This document shows, one piece after another, positions 1-12,479 of a stretch of 30,976 nt of DNA. This DNA comes from Basidiobolus ranarum (lineage: Eukaryota). The stretch lies in NCBI GenBank assembly GCA_040143965.1, contig JASJQH010006876.1, positions 62,001 to 92,976 on the forward strand. The letters are read 5' to 3'. The position numbers and the translations under genes were made by a program. Position 1 is the first letter of the stretch. Every line of letters begins with the position of its first letter. A model generated the notes under the pieces. The model saw nothing but the letters and a program-made list of their open reading frames with translations. It ran no database searches and was not told the DNA's origin.

Positions 1-85
1 TTAAAATGTTTACAATGGAGTGTAGTTCAATTGAATCAGTATATAAGAGTTCATAAAAGAAAATCACCTTCTAAAGCCTATTAGA

Positions 86-1675
<1,590 letters not shown>

Positions 1676-2236
1676 TCTTGTAGAAGGAATATACTTTGGC
1701 AGTATCAACTACTATCTAACATCCAATATTCATTAGAAGGTGGTTTTTTATGGACAAAATTTAACAGATTTAGCAAGATCGATTCAATCTATGAATCTTT
1801 ACATACAATTATGGTATCGTAACAATAGTCTCTACCTTCCATAGGTATTTTGCTATCGTTCTCGAGTAGCGATAGCGAATCATGTTCGTTTCAGTTCTTC
1901 CCGACCACAACTCGTCAGAATCGAGAAAAAAATCAATTTTTATGGCTGGTCATGTGATAGATCATAGAAAAAAGGGTTCTTGGATACATGGACAACGGGA
2001 CGAATTCGATGGGATGGGGGGGCTCGGGGGTCCGTGATAAAACTAAGCGAGATGTGAATTAAGGCTTCCCCCTTTTCCGATAGTGGATTTTTTGCCCTGT
2101 GTAAGATAAGCGTAAGTTATCAATTTTGTTACGGAAATTTTAGCTGAGTTGGATGGATGGACCTATCAACCAAATCCGATACATTCTGAAGCTACAACGT
2201 CTCTAACTCCATCTTTAATGTATTAGTCACACAGTC

Positions 2237-2889
2237 ATGTCTGCCGCTAACAAGATCGTCAAGCCCGCTGGTGCTGCTCCTGCTGATGAGACCGAACTCT
2301 TGGTCGCCCAAGCTCTTTTTGACTTGGAAAACAATGTTCCTGAGTTGAAGAAGGACCTTCGTCCTATTCAAATCTCCGCTGCCAAGGAGGTAATGCATCA
2401 TTGACTAATATCCATACTGTTATCCAGCCGCAATGTTAAACTCAATTTGAATTTTAGATCGAAGTCGGTGCCGGTAAGAAGGCCATCGTTGTCTTCATCC
2501 CTGTTCCTTTGTACAAGGCCTTCACCAAGGTCCAACAAAGACTTACTCGTGAATTGGAGAAGAAGTTCTCTGACCGCCACGTCATGTTCCTTGCTCAACG
2601 TCGTATCATGCGCAAGCCTACTCGTCGCTCCCGCGCCAAGCAAGCTCGTCCCAGATCTCGTACTTTGACTGCTGTTCACGAAAAGATCCTCGACGATGTC
2701 GTCTTCCCTACTGAAATCATTGGCAAGCGTACTCGTGTCAAGGTTGATGGCAGCAAAGTTACCAAAGTTTTCCTTGACAACAAGGACTCTGGTTCCCTTG
2801 AATACAAGCTTGATACTTTCTCCGCTGTTTACAAGAAGTTGACCGGTAAGGATGTCGTCTTTGAATTCCCTACTCAACAACTCGAATAA
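2237..2889 (+). CDS. RPS7: 40S ribosomal protein S7 (eS7); exons 2237-2389 and 2458-2889
   Basis: MSAANKIVK...[10 protein letters not shown]...[23 protein letters not shown]...[12 protein letters not shown]...[11 protein letters not shown]...[14 protein letters not shown]. Strong high-expression codon bias; phase-0 GT-AG intron 2390-2457. Confidence 0.97.
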
Positions 2890-3230
2890 ATTTTCCAGTC
2901 ATATTAAACTCTGGGAAGTTTCTCTTGTTTGAAAAGAATTGACTCGCTTGGGTGTATTCTTTTGAAGATAGCTAATCTAAATAAACATCTAATCAACCAG
3001 TAATTCGTGGCATTTATCATTTATTATATTGATTTGTTTAATAATAGTTAAAGTGGTGAAGAGAGGTTGTCAGTTTGGAGGTATCAATGTTGCTTTTATT
3101 TGTTGAACCTAATACTGAAAGCTTTTATGAGCCATGGCTCAATAATATATTCAAGTTGATATATGATGAATGAAACAATAGAAGTCTTTGGGATACTGCA
3201 GTAGAGGTAGTACTTTTAGGGGCAGGCAAC

Positions 3231-3566
3231 TTATAGTTCACCACCATGAAGGTTTTGAAAATTGTTGTGGAGTTTAGCGGTTCTAACTTCATTGACCTCG
3301 GAAATGTGCTCATCCGATTTAAAATTGGCTGCCAGAATGCTTGGCATGTTGGCACTGAACCCGCGTAAAAGTGTATCAAATCTTGAGCGAATGTTTCCCC
3401 CGTTTTCAATCACTTTATTTTCCAAAAGTTCTTGATACCCTGTGGGAGCGGTGTCCTTTAGTTCAATGATGAAGTTTCCCAAATTTGACATGGTGGTTTG
3501 TTCGTAAGCGAAGACTGAGTTGGTGCAAAAAAGAGTAACAAGTGCAAAAAGATATACTTTGCGCAT
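3231..3566 (-). CDS. Small secreted peptidase inhibitor I9 (subtilisin propeptide-like) protein
   Basis: Signal-peptide-like start MRKVYLFALVTLFCTNSVFA, then the I9 pattern FIIELKD...VIENGGNIRSRFDTLLRGFSANMP...ISEVNE. The C-terminus may be spliced differently. Confidence 0.72.
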   Translation of the reverse strand: MRKVYLFALVTLFCTNSVFAYEQTTMSNLGNFIIELKDTAPTGYQELLENKVIENGGNIRSRFDTLLRGFSANMPSILAANFKSDEHISEVNEVRTAKLHNNFQNLHGGEL

Positions 3567-3909
3567 TCGTGTTGAATAGTGAGTGTTATGTAAAAGTTAC
3601 TCTAGTGAATGAAGGTTATAACCATTCATTGTGAAACCAAGAATATGCATGACGTGTGTGAATTTGGTAGGTGAGATGGTTGTTTAGACTTGGGCGGTTT
3701 GATTTGTTACCTTGGCACATTTATTGAACATGCTATTCTGTGCCATAAGGTGATTAGAAAGCTGCTCTAATACAACACTATATATCACTAACAATCCACT
3801 GAGAATACCTTTAATTCTATTATAGTTTAATACAAAATATATATTGGGAGGGTATACATATCATTAACTGTCATATTACATCTCGGGACTCCTCTTGTTG
3901 TTTTCAAAA

Positions 3910-5917
3910 CTAGTTAGATCTACGTTGATTGTTTCGCTCCTCATCACTAGTAGGCGGTGTCATAGGTTCAGCGTTAATACTGGGTTTATCTCCAAAGCGT
4001 ATATGCAAATTAGATGATTTTTTTACGACAGGTTTAGAGATTTCGGTATTCTCGTTTTGTACACCAACTTTTGGTTTGCGCGTGGAACTTTTAGCTGTAA
4101 CACCATGTGAAGCTTGTGCACTCTTCTTAGGGGCGCCCTGAGAAACCTCGCAATCGCCCTTAATTTCCAGAGAATCTAATTGATGTGCCAACTGGTTCAC
4201 ATTTTGTTGCTCAGATTTGGTTTTGGTCTTGCGATGTGCACCACCTTTACGAGTTTTGTGAGTTACCTTTACAGCATCCCAAATGTTTATTTGGTATGTT
4301 GGATTATTGGTTTCAAACGGCGGTTTGACAGATTCTAACTTTGAGTTATTGTTGGCCACAGATTTGATAGTAGAACCCAGTCGTCTATCAGTGATGGCTT
4401 CTACTAACCCGGTTTCCTTCAAGTTAGGACGCTCTGCTGCTTTTTCGAACAATACCTCCAAAGTACAATCACCAGCTTCGAATAGACTAATAACACGATT
4501 CATCTCCTGAGTGAGCTTCGTTTCACCGTAAATACTCGCTGTACATGCCACATTACGTTCCAAATCAAAAGGATCTTCTATATGAAGCAAATATCCATGA
4601 TTCTTCCAAGTTTTCTTCATAGGCTCCAATTTACCAGTACGAATCGAAGCGACTGATTTTGAAGTGTCAATATCACGTGTATAAAAAATGCAAAACTGAT
4701 GAAACAATTCCAGTGCACTTGGGTGAGTCAAATCGAAGGATTTTTTAAAATGTAATGAAAGTAAACCCAGATCTTTAAAATAGGTGACATCTGCATGGAT
4801 CACTTTTGGCGAATTCGTTTTGCTCTTATGTCGTTTGTTTCGCTGGTTTACCAAAATACTGACGATATTCCTCTCTTCATTTAATTCTTGACTTATTTGT
4901 TGAAGTGATGGCAAAATTGGCTCCTCAAGATTTTGAAGAAAGAAAATCGTCATCAGAACGTAGCAATATGAACTGTAGGTCCCTGTAGTGCAGATGATAA
5001 ATTTGAGTCAAAGAGCTTTGCCACTTACAAAACAATATAAATACTTGCCACTATTGGATGAGTTGATGCCTCTACGTTTCGCCCAATGCTAAAGTAACGA
5101 TATCAATACAAGCAATGAATGCAAAGATTAAATAAATAACGGTTACCTTGATTAATATGATCAATTTCTTTACTCTGTCATCAATTGAAAGGTATGCCTT
5201 AATCATTTGAGAATTATGAACACCAAGTATGTTGTTGACGGTAATATCACATGAAATGTGACTACGGAGGCAATTGTAAATATGTGGTGTGACATTTCGA
5301 AAGTAATGGCAAATCTTACTGATGGGGGTCATAAAACTTGACAATAGGTACTCGGGCGCCAGAGATAGGAATAACGTGTCGCATGCCGGCTTTGTTTGAA
5401 AATGGATTTAATGAAAATTTTCACTGTATGCTCATACAATACCAACCTGTACGAAACATTTTAGCCAACGCATTTACAGTAACCTCAGAGTCTTCGTGGT
5501 CAGTTTCGAATTCAATGTCACAGTCACTTCCGCCAAGATCCAGACCAGTGATCGAAGAGCTAAAAACAGGGGATAGTTAGTAATGGAACAAGAATTAAGA
5601 AGTAAAATATATTGTACCCATATAAATGTGTAGTTATTTTTTTGTCTGGAAAATAAGAATTCACGAGGTTTTGTATCTTGTTTTTAAACCGTAGTCTACG
5701 TTCGAGAGATTTCTCGGAAGAGACAATATTCTAATGAAGTGAATTTTGTCAGGTTTAATGAAAACGAAGAACTTTAGGAATGGAATTATCTCCTTACCTT
5801 TAGTAGAGCATCACTGCGGTTAGAGAGCTGGTCTATATTTTGAATCGGAAGGACTTTAGAGCGCTGTGATATACCAGTAACAGTGTGTAATGTTGAAGTG
5901 TCCATTATGATGGGCAT
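3910..5917 (-). CDS. Terminal nucleotidyltransferase (Cid1/TUTase/non-canonical poly(A) polymerase family), multi-exon
   Basis: Spliced exons give HLYGSSITGLDLGGSDCDI (GS + DxD), ARVPIVKF, SCDITVNN (third Asp), IKHWAKRRGIN..SGTYSSY and the PAP-associated motif HIEDPFDLERNV, followed by a basic low-complexity tail. ATG at 5917 (or 5905). Confidence 0.88.
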
Positions 5918-7438
5918 ATTTTAGGAGAATGAAGATTGTATCTCTAATTTTCAGGAGATTTATGAAGTAAAGGTATTAAACGTATTTACAGTGGTTTGAT
6001 GACTAATATAAACGTGATGAAGAATTTTAATCTCAACTCATTTATCGTAATGACTGTGTAACTCCTAAAAAACGAGTTCTCTCGCATTACATATTCTCAA
6101 TGTGTAACTCCAGCCTTTCACCTCCAACATAATAATCTCCATTAGTCCTATACTCATGATATTCTTGAAGCTCAGTCTGTATAACCGACAATCGATTGAG
6201 ATATGAGAACCCATGGTACGAACCCATAGCACGTATTTAAACCATCTATTGACATCATGCTACAGATTACCTGATGTCACGAATAGCCAACTTGATTCAT
6301 CGCTTGACAGTTGAGATGAAAGTATGATTGTTGCTTACAATACAACAGGGGTGGAGACACTAACATGTATTTTTAAGGGAGCACGTTTCCCTCAAACATA
6401 CTAGTTTCTGTATAAATAAACTAACTACCGCTTTAGACAGGAAAACCAACCAAAGCAGTGGCGAAATGAAAAATAGAGGAAATATGGCCTAGTCACATGG
6501 CGGCGGGTGAGAGGACCAGACGGAACTTTGTTTTCACAAATCATCAGAGCCATGTGGTACTATAGTACCAAGTTAAGCCAATGACAATCGACAATGTAGA
6601 ATTTGGTATAGCGGGCTCTTCTAAGTGCACAATTAGATATAAATATAAGAACTCTAGAGCAAGACGGATTAGTATAAACATTTGGTATATGAAACGATCG
6701 TCGCAAGAGCAATAAATATGCTGTTTCAACAATGGCTGATCAATAAATGATGTATAATTGAAACACGATTTGAGACATTAAACTGGCTATTCCGGAATGG
6801 AAATTATCAAAAATACACACTGAGAGAACAGTGCAAAGAGAACCGCTAGTAAACACTTCCCCACGACCTATTGTAGGTCTGGATTTATCGGCATCTCTAT
6901 ATTTATGGTAGAATATATTTTCCTTCGATTCTGCTGAATACACCCAATTGGTGCCTGGTAAGTCATGGGAATTGCGATTGGCTGACGGAGTTGACAATGG
7001 CTGATAACTAAGATTTCTCTACTTCAAGCTTATTTCAGAATATATGTTGATATGAATTCTTTTAAGGAACAAGGTCACTGGTAGCAAAGTCTTTTTAACC
7101 ATTTCTACCACGCAACCTGGCTTACTATTGATCATCTTACCTATCATTGATAGCGGGTCATAAACAACCGAGGCAGGATCAATGGAATGCAAAAACGTTG
7201 GAATTTTTATAGACTTCAATATATTATGAAATAGCATTGATTTAATCGAGGATCAAAGGTTAAACCTCAGAGATCGGACACAAATATCGTCACCCCCCAG
7301 TGACAAGGGTCTCATTTTAAATCAGGGCCGATTTCTAAAACAAGAGGTGTCCAGCACTGAGTATAAAACCAATCCAACAACCCACTATCACAATATTGCA
7401 GTAGATTACCTGTTCTCCGGGCCCCAGATTCTTGTACC

Positions 7439-8371
7439 ATGTCTACCAATATTTGCCGATCCGCAGAGGTGTCAGATATGCCATTACCACCACTACCATA
7501 CAAGCTTCGTAAGACTCAGAGCATGTGTCTATCACGGGATGAATTTCTTTTCAGTGACGCTTGTAAACGTACAACCCTTGATGTCCATGGTCAGTCAAAC
7601 TCAATTCCATGTTACAACAGTAAAGAGGATTCTTTGAAGCGTGTTTGTCCAGAAACCCTGCAGCGAGTTCTCTCTGGTGAATTTAAGCACGCTTATGATA
7701 ATGTGATCGTAGTTGATTGCCGTTTTCCTTACGAATACTCGGGAGGTCACATCAAAGGAGCCATCAATCTTAGCTCTAAGGATGAATTAGAGAAATATTT
7801 TTTGAAAAATTTCGAATCCAGCAAACGTACTGTGATAGTTTTTCATTGTGAATATTCATCACAGCGGGGCCCTAGAATGGCGCTTCATTTGCGTAGTCGT
7901 GATAGAGAGCTAAACGCAATGGAGTATCCAAACTTGTATTTTCCCGAACTGTACATACTTGATGGTGGGTATCGCAATTTTTACTCTCATGCTAAACAGC
8001 TATGTATACCTCAAAGTTACATTGAGATGAACGATGAACTGTATCTTATCGAATGCAAATCAAGAATGATGCATTTCAAGGAGAGTTTCTCTTCACGTCG
8101 TAGCAAACCCAAATCCTCGAACGGGTCTTGCCATAAATATACTGAAAGTAAATCTTTGTTGAACAGAGCTCCAGTTCGTAGAGCATCCCTTCTGACCCGA
8201 CTTCGTCCCTCTATGTCAATGATGCAATCATCCAGCCCGCCATCGTTGATCCAACTATTTCCGCATTCAAGTCGGTCGAGAATCGTCACTGAGCCAGAGA
8301 ATACTCTTACCACCTCCTCACCTGTCGCAAGGCCGACACAGAACTCAGTTTACTTCACACCATTGATGTAA
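7439..8371 (+). CDS. CDC25: Cdc25/Mih1 M-phase inducer phosphatase (rhodanese-fold catalytic domain); the true 5' end may lie upstream
   Basis: VVDCRFPYEYSGGHIKGAIN, active site FHCEYSSQRGPRMA, and YPNLYFPELYILDGGY. Confidence 0.92.
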   Translation: MSTNICRSAEVSDMPLPPLPYKLRKTQSMCLSRDEFLFSDACKRTTLDVHGQSNSIPCYNSKEDSLKRVCPETLQRVLSGEFKHAYDNVIVVDCRFPYEYSGGHIKGAINLSSKDELEKYFLKNFESSKRTVIVFHCEYSSQRGPRMALHLRSRDRELNAMEYPNLYFPELYILDGGYRNFYSHAKQLCIPQSYIEMNDELYLIECKSRMMHFKESFSSRRSKPKSSNGSCHKYTESKSLLNRAPVRRASLLTRLRPSMSMMQSSSPPSLIQLFPHSSRSRIVTEPENTLTTSSPVARPTQNSVYFTPLM

Positions 8372-8802
8372 ATAACCAAATCCTAAATATGTCTGAAGCA
8401 CCCTGTATAGATTTGCCATTGCGTCCGACATTGTTCATTGTCTCGCACACTTTATTTAGAAAAGCCTAGAAATTGATTCCTCACACAATTGTATATAGAA
8501 ACGAACAAATAAATTCTCAACTGTAACTACCATATCTTTGAATTTGTGAACGGTTTTAGCATTATTACACTTGTTGGCGTCATTTCAAACTCAGCAGTCT
8601 AAGGCATGTTTCAAGGAACAGTTCTAATCAAGATGAGATAGGAATTGATGACATGCAATGAAAATTGGAAAGATGGAAAAATCTAACGGAATGTTGGGCT
8701 TTCTTAAGATGCTTGATTTACTGAAAATGATTTCTCCACTGGTTTTTTTTTGAAATCTCTTATGGGTTATCATTAGTTCCGGGTAATTAGATCACTGTCA
8801 AT

Positions 8803-8828
8803 TTTCTGAGTACCTTTCTGAGTACCTT
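8803..8828. repeat. 12-bp tandem duplication (TTTCTGAGTACC x2)
   Basis: tttctgagtacc tttctgagtacc tt read directly in the Cdc25-PPR intergenic region. Confidence 0.8.
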
Positions 8829-9484
8829 AGACTTCTAGGTCTACCCTTACCATTGTTGATGATACCAGTTCAAGATCAACTACGATATAATGTGAGACAA
8901 TTTATCTATAATAATCGCTCGTTTCTTCCGCCAGTGGCTTGAATTTATTAGCGTTTATGAACCAGATTAAGTTTTGATGAATAAGCACAACTTTAATGCC
9001 TGTGAGGTAGATTTAATGTGAAGCCGTTTGTGTTATGATAGAAACTCTATGTTTTGAAGAGAAGCCTATCATCATTTTTATGCTGAAAAATCTCCTTGGG
9101 TTACTGTATTCAAAATATGTGAGAAATAGGCACTGGAATCTCGTTATTGGTACTCTATCTCAGGGTTTAATAATTTAACGCCTCTAAAGACTTTTTGTGG
9201 CCCCATCCTGTTACCTGAATGTTCAAGGTACAGTCTCAGCACGAGCTCTGGAGATATTCTCCAGGGTTTTCCAATATAATACTAGTTAGCATATACATCG
9301 AGAAAACGATACAAACGTAAATTACATTTATTTAATTAATTTCAATCAAATGATCGATGAACAATTGTGCCCCTTTTTATTTTTGAAGAAATTTCACGAT
9401 GTTCAAGTTGCCTTTCAGTTAATTCTGCGCAAGTATCCATGGTTTGAAAACTTTAGCATCGCCCACTATGAGGAATGTCTTAAT

Positions 9485-11899
9485 ATGTCTTTACTGAATC
9501 GCGCTCGTTTATTTCTCAGTGGGCTACCTAGAAAAAGTTTACTCCAGAATTCTTACTGTATACAGTCAGTATCAACCAAAACAACTTGCATTCGTCATTT
9601 TTCTTTTTATTCTCCTTCATATATCATAAGAATTTCACCGACCACAAAGCCCAAGGCTAGATCCGCACTTGTTAGTACAATTTCACCACTGCATAATCTT
9701 GAACAGGCTATTAAGTCACACAATTCGGAAGTTGCTTGGGCTTCTTTTACACGGCTGCTAATCACTCCAAATGAAAAGCTTCTTACTTCTACGCATTTCT
9801 CCAGTCTTCTCGACACACTTCTTTTCAACAAAAATAAGAAATCCGCAGTTGAAAAATGTCTTTCTCTATTATCACATATGAAAAGACTTCAAACTCCGTT
9901 TCAAACACTCAGAGAGCATTTTCCGCTTGTTAAATTCTACATTCTCTTTGGCTACAAAGAAGAATTCAAAGATTTAATTCATAGGTTAATTGAAGAATTT
10001 TCTTTTTCTGAGAAGGAGTTTACCCAGTTGATGTATCAGATCAGTAGCATAACCGTGAAAGGGGCTTGGAGCTTCTACCAACAAACAAATTCAGCTCTCC
10101 CTCTTGGTGAACAACCTTTGCTCGATTTTTTATCACTTGCTATGCAACGTAACGAAGTGGCTATTATAAACGAGATAGGCGACCACCTATTTACGTTGGA
10201 GACAAAACCTACAATAGTAGCTTGTCAAGCTTTAGTAGAAGCATACACCAATTGTTGTTCCTTGGATTCAGTTCTGAAGTTGTATCACAGAGTGGAGAAT
10301 TGTGTTGTCTTAAATGCCCGTGTTTACAATATGCTCATCAACTTTTTTAGCAAAGTTACTCGATATGATCTGTGTATTCACATGTTTGACGAATTAGCGA
10401 GGCACCAAGTTACACCAGATATTATTACTTTCACTTCTATGATGCAAGTTTACGCCAAAACATTGAACATTCCAAGTGCAGAGTGTATGTTTGAGCAGCT
10501 ATTAGCAGAAGGGTTTACTCCTGATGTTATAACCTATACTACACTTATTGGTATGTATACGAAAGCTACTAAAATGGACAAAGCATGGGATATGATCTCT
10601 GCAATGGAGAAACATGGTGTACTACCTAATCTATATACGTATACTGCTTTACTTAATGGATACTCTATATTAAACGACATGGACGGCGCTATGAAGGTGT
10701 TTCACCGGATGAAGTCCAATGGAGTCCGACCTGATGTTCTGGCTTATAATACTTTACTTCGAGCATCTTCAAATTGTCCCAGCGATGTTGAGATACAAAA
10801 AATTGTCGGTGAGATGGTTGAAAGCAACTGCCAACCTAATTTATCAACGTATGATATTCTCATGCGGTACTATTTGCAACGCGGAGATGAAGTCAAGATA
10901 GATGAGCTTCAAAACAGATTGCTGGGTATTGCTCAATCCAATTCACTTGCATATCGAACTTTAGTCGACACATATTTGGGTTTGTCAGATTGGAACAGAG
11001 CCATAAAGGTGTATGAGCAGATGAAATCACGGCACGGAGTTCCCATTATAGACGTTTTCAATTCCATGCTCAAATTCCTGTCAAAGGAATCTGACGGGAA
11101 ACGACTTTTGGAGTTCTTTCGTCAAGAGGATCTATCTCAAAATGTCAGTTCATACAACATTTTGCTAGAGCATTTCCACAAAAACTCCAATGTCAATGAA
11201 CTGAAAGCATTGTACGATTCCATGTTGAAACATGGTATACGGGGTGATTTCATGACATTCAACATCCTAGTCAAGGCATATTCTGATGCTGGATACCTCA
11301 GTAGGTCTTTGAACATGTTTGATATCATGCTATCTAAAGGAATTCAACCAGACCGAACGCTATACAACACGTTAATTTCATCGTGCTTCAAACACAACGA
11401 ATCGGACATCGCGTTTGACGTTTATCAATCCATGTTAGATCAAAAGATTGCTCCAGATCAACATACCTTAACCATTCTTATGGATCATTATAACCATGTT
11501 GGAGAGATGGAAAATGTTTTTAGAATTTGGGAAGTATTGGTTGCCGATTTCCCAAAAGAAACACTAAATTCTAGCATCTCTGTCCTGCTAGATTCTCTTG
11601 GGTTTAATGGGAATCTAGAAACACTAACCACCATGTGGAAGAAGCTCAAAGCAGAGAGGTACATTTTAGATGAGAATAATTACAGCTCGTACATAGAGGC
11701 TCTTTGTCGGTTCGGTGCGCACGATGACGCCATGAAAGTGTTCATGCATGAGATGGCTTCTCTCCAACCTAGCCGAAAAACATGCGAGCTCTTACTCAAA
11801 TCGTTAGTAAGCTATCGACGAAAAGAAGATGTCGAAAAAATCATGGACTTTCTAAGACTAAAGAATCCAGATATTCATTCAACACTAGTCAAGATCTAA
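9485..11899 (+). CDS. P-class pentatricopeptide repeat protein, probably mitochondrial; intronless
   Basis: Tandem 35-aa repeats (e.g. PDIITFTSMMQVYAK, PDVITYTTLIGMYTK, PNLYTYTALLNGY, PDVLAYNTLL, PDRTLYNTLISSC). The ATG at 9485 begins a basic, Ser-rich presequence-like segment (MSLLNRARLFLSGLPRKSLL); an in-frame ATG also exists at 9350. Confidence 0.9.
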   Translation: MSLLNRARLFLSGLPRKSLLQNSYCIQSVSTKTTCIRHFSFYSPSYIIRISPTTKPKARSALVSTISPLHNLEQAIKSHNSEVAWASFTRLLITPNEKLLTSTHFSSLLDTLLFNKNKKSAVEKCLSLLSHMKRLQTPFQTLREHFPLVKFYILFGYKEEFKDLIHRLIEEFSFSEKEFTQLMYQISSITVKGAWSFYQQTNSALPLGEQPLLDFLSLAMQRNEVAIINEIGDHLFTLETKPTIVACQALVEAYTNCCSLDSVLKLYHRVENCVVLNARVYNMLINFFSKVTRYDLCIHMFDELARHQVTPDIITFTSMMQVYAKTLNIPSAECMFEQLLAEGFTPDVITYTTLIGMYTKATKMDKAWDMISAMEKHGVLPNLYTYTALLNGYSILNDMDGAMKVFHRMKSNGVRPDVLAYNTLLRASSNCPSDVEIQKIVGEMVESNCQPNLSTYDILMRYYLQRGDEVKIDELQNRLLGIAQSNSLAYRTLVDTYLGLSDWNRAIKVYEQMKSRHGVPIIDVFNSMLKFLSKESDGKRLLEFFRQEDLSQNVSSYNILLEHFHKNSNVNELKALYDSMLKHGIRGDFMTFNILVKAYSDAGYLSRSLNMFDIMLSKGIQPDRTLYNTLISSCFKHNESDIAFDVYQSMLDQKIAPDQHTLTILMDHYNHVGEMENVFRIWEVLVADFPKETLNSSISVLLDSLGFNGNLETLTTMWKKLKAERYILDENNYSSYIEALCRFGAHDDAMKVFMHEMASLQPSRKTCELLLKSLVSYRRKEDVEKIMDFLRLKNPDIHSTLVKI

Positions 11900-12479
11900 A
11901 AGTAGCAATTGTACAGTGGACATGGTTGCCAGATACATTTAATTAATAAAATCTCAGTTATGCAATGCTTTTAATACCTGAAATATGTCATATTAACCTA
12001 ATCCTCCCTAACCCAAACGAGATTATGGAAAATATCTGTGTGCGTTATTGACTTATTGCTATTGGTTGCGGAAAGATTATGCGTGAATACTTTGTTCTTC
12101 TTGAATCCTGTTTATCAGTGGCTTGGAGATTCGAATGCATACAGGTATTATATTTATTTAACGAATTTCCTATTTCTCCACAACCTCCCACAGAACACAT
12201 GAATCAATAAAACCGGAATTTTAAATGGTTGGAGTACAACTCTTGCATCTTGATATATACAGATGTCCAGTTACTGATCATACTTCATTCCGTTGAAGAA
12301 CGCATTAAATTCCTTTTTATTGTCATTCAAAAATGCGTTTGCCTGGTATATATAAACAAGTCACAGTTAAGCAGCAGCTTTTCCATCTCTTCGTATTTCT
12401 GCTCTTCAGTGTTTGCTGTCATATCGTAGTTGATGCGTTCATATTAACCCAATAAACCTAACTCTAAACCATAATAATT

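Noticed and set aside
2398-2880. 160-aa antisense ORF (and 2192-2401) over RPS7
   Set aside because: Shadow ORF arising from the strong codon bias of the ribosomal protein gene; no recognisable protein.
3799-3811. CTGAGAATACC, resembling part of a TPP riboswitch core
   Set aside because: The remaining riboswitch elements are absent and no thiamine gene is adjacent.
9350-9484. In-frame 45-codon upstream extension of the PPR ORF
   Set aside because: Does not resemble a targeting peptide; the ATG at 9485 gives a better presequence. Not fully excluded.
12200-12430. Short ORFs on both strands upstream of XPO6 (e.g. minus-strand MTANTEEQKYEEMEKLLL...)
   Set aside because: No coherent spliced gene or recognisable domain could be built.
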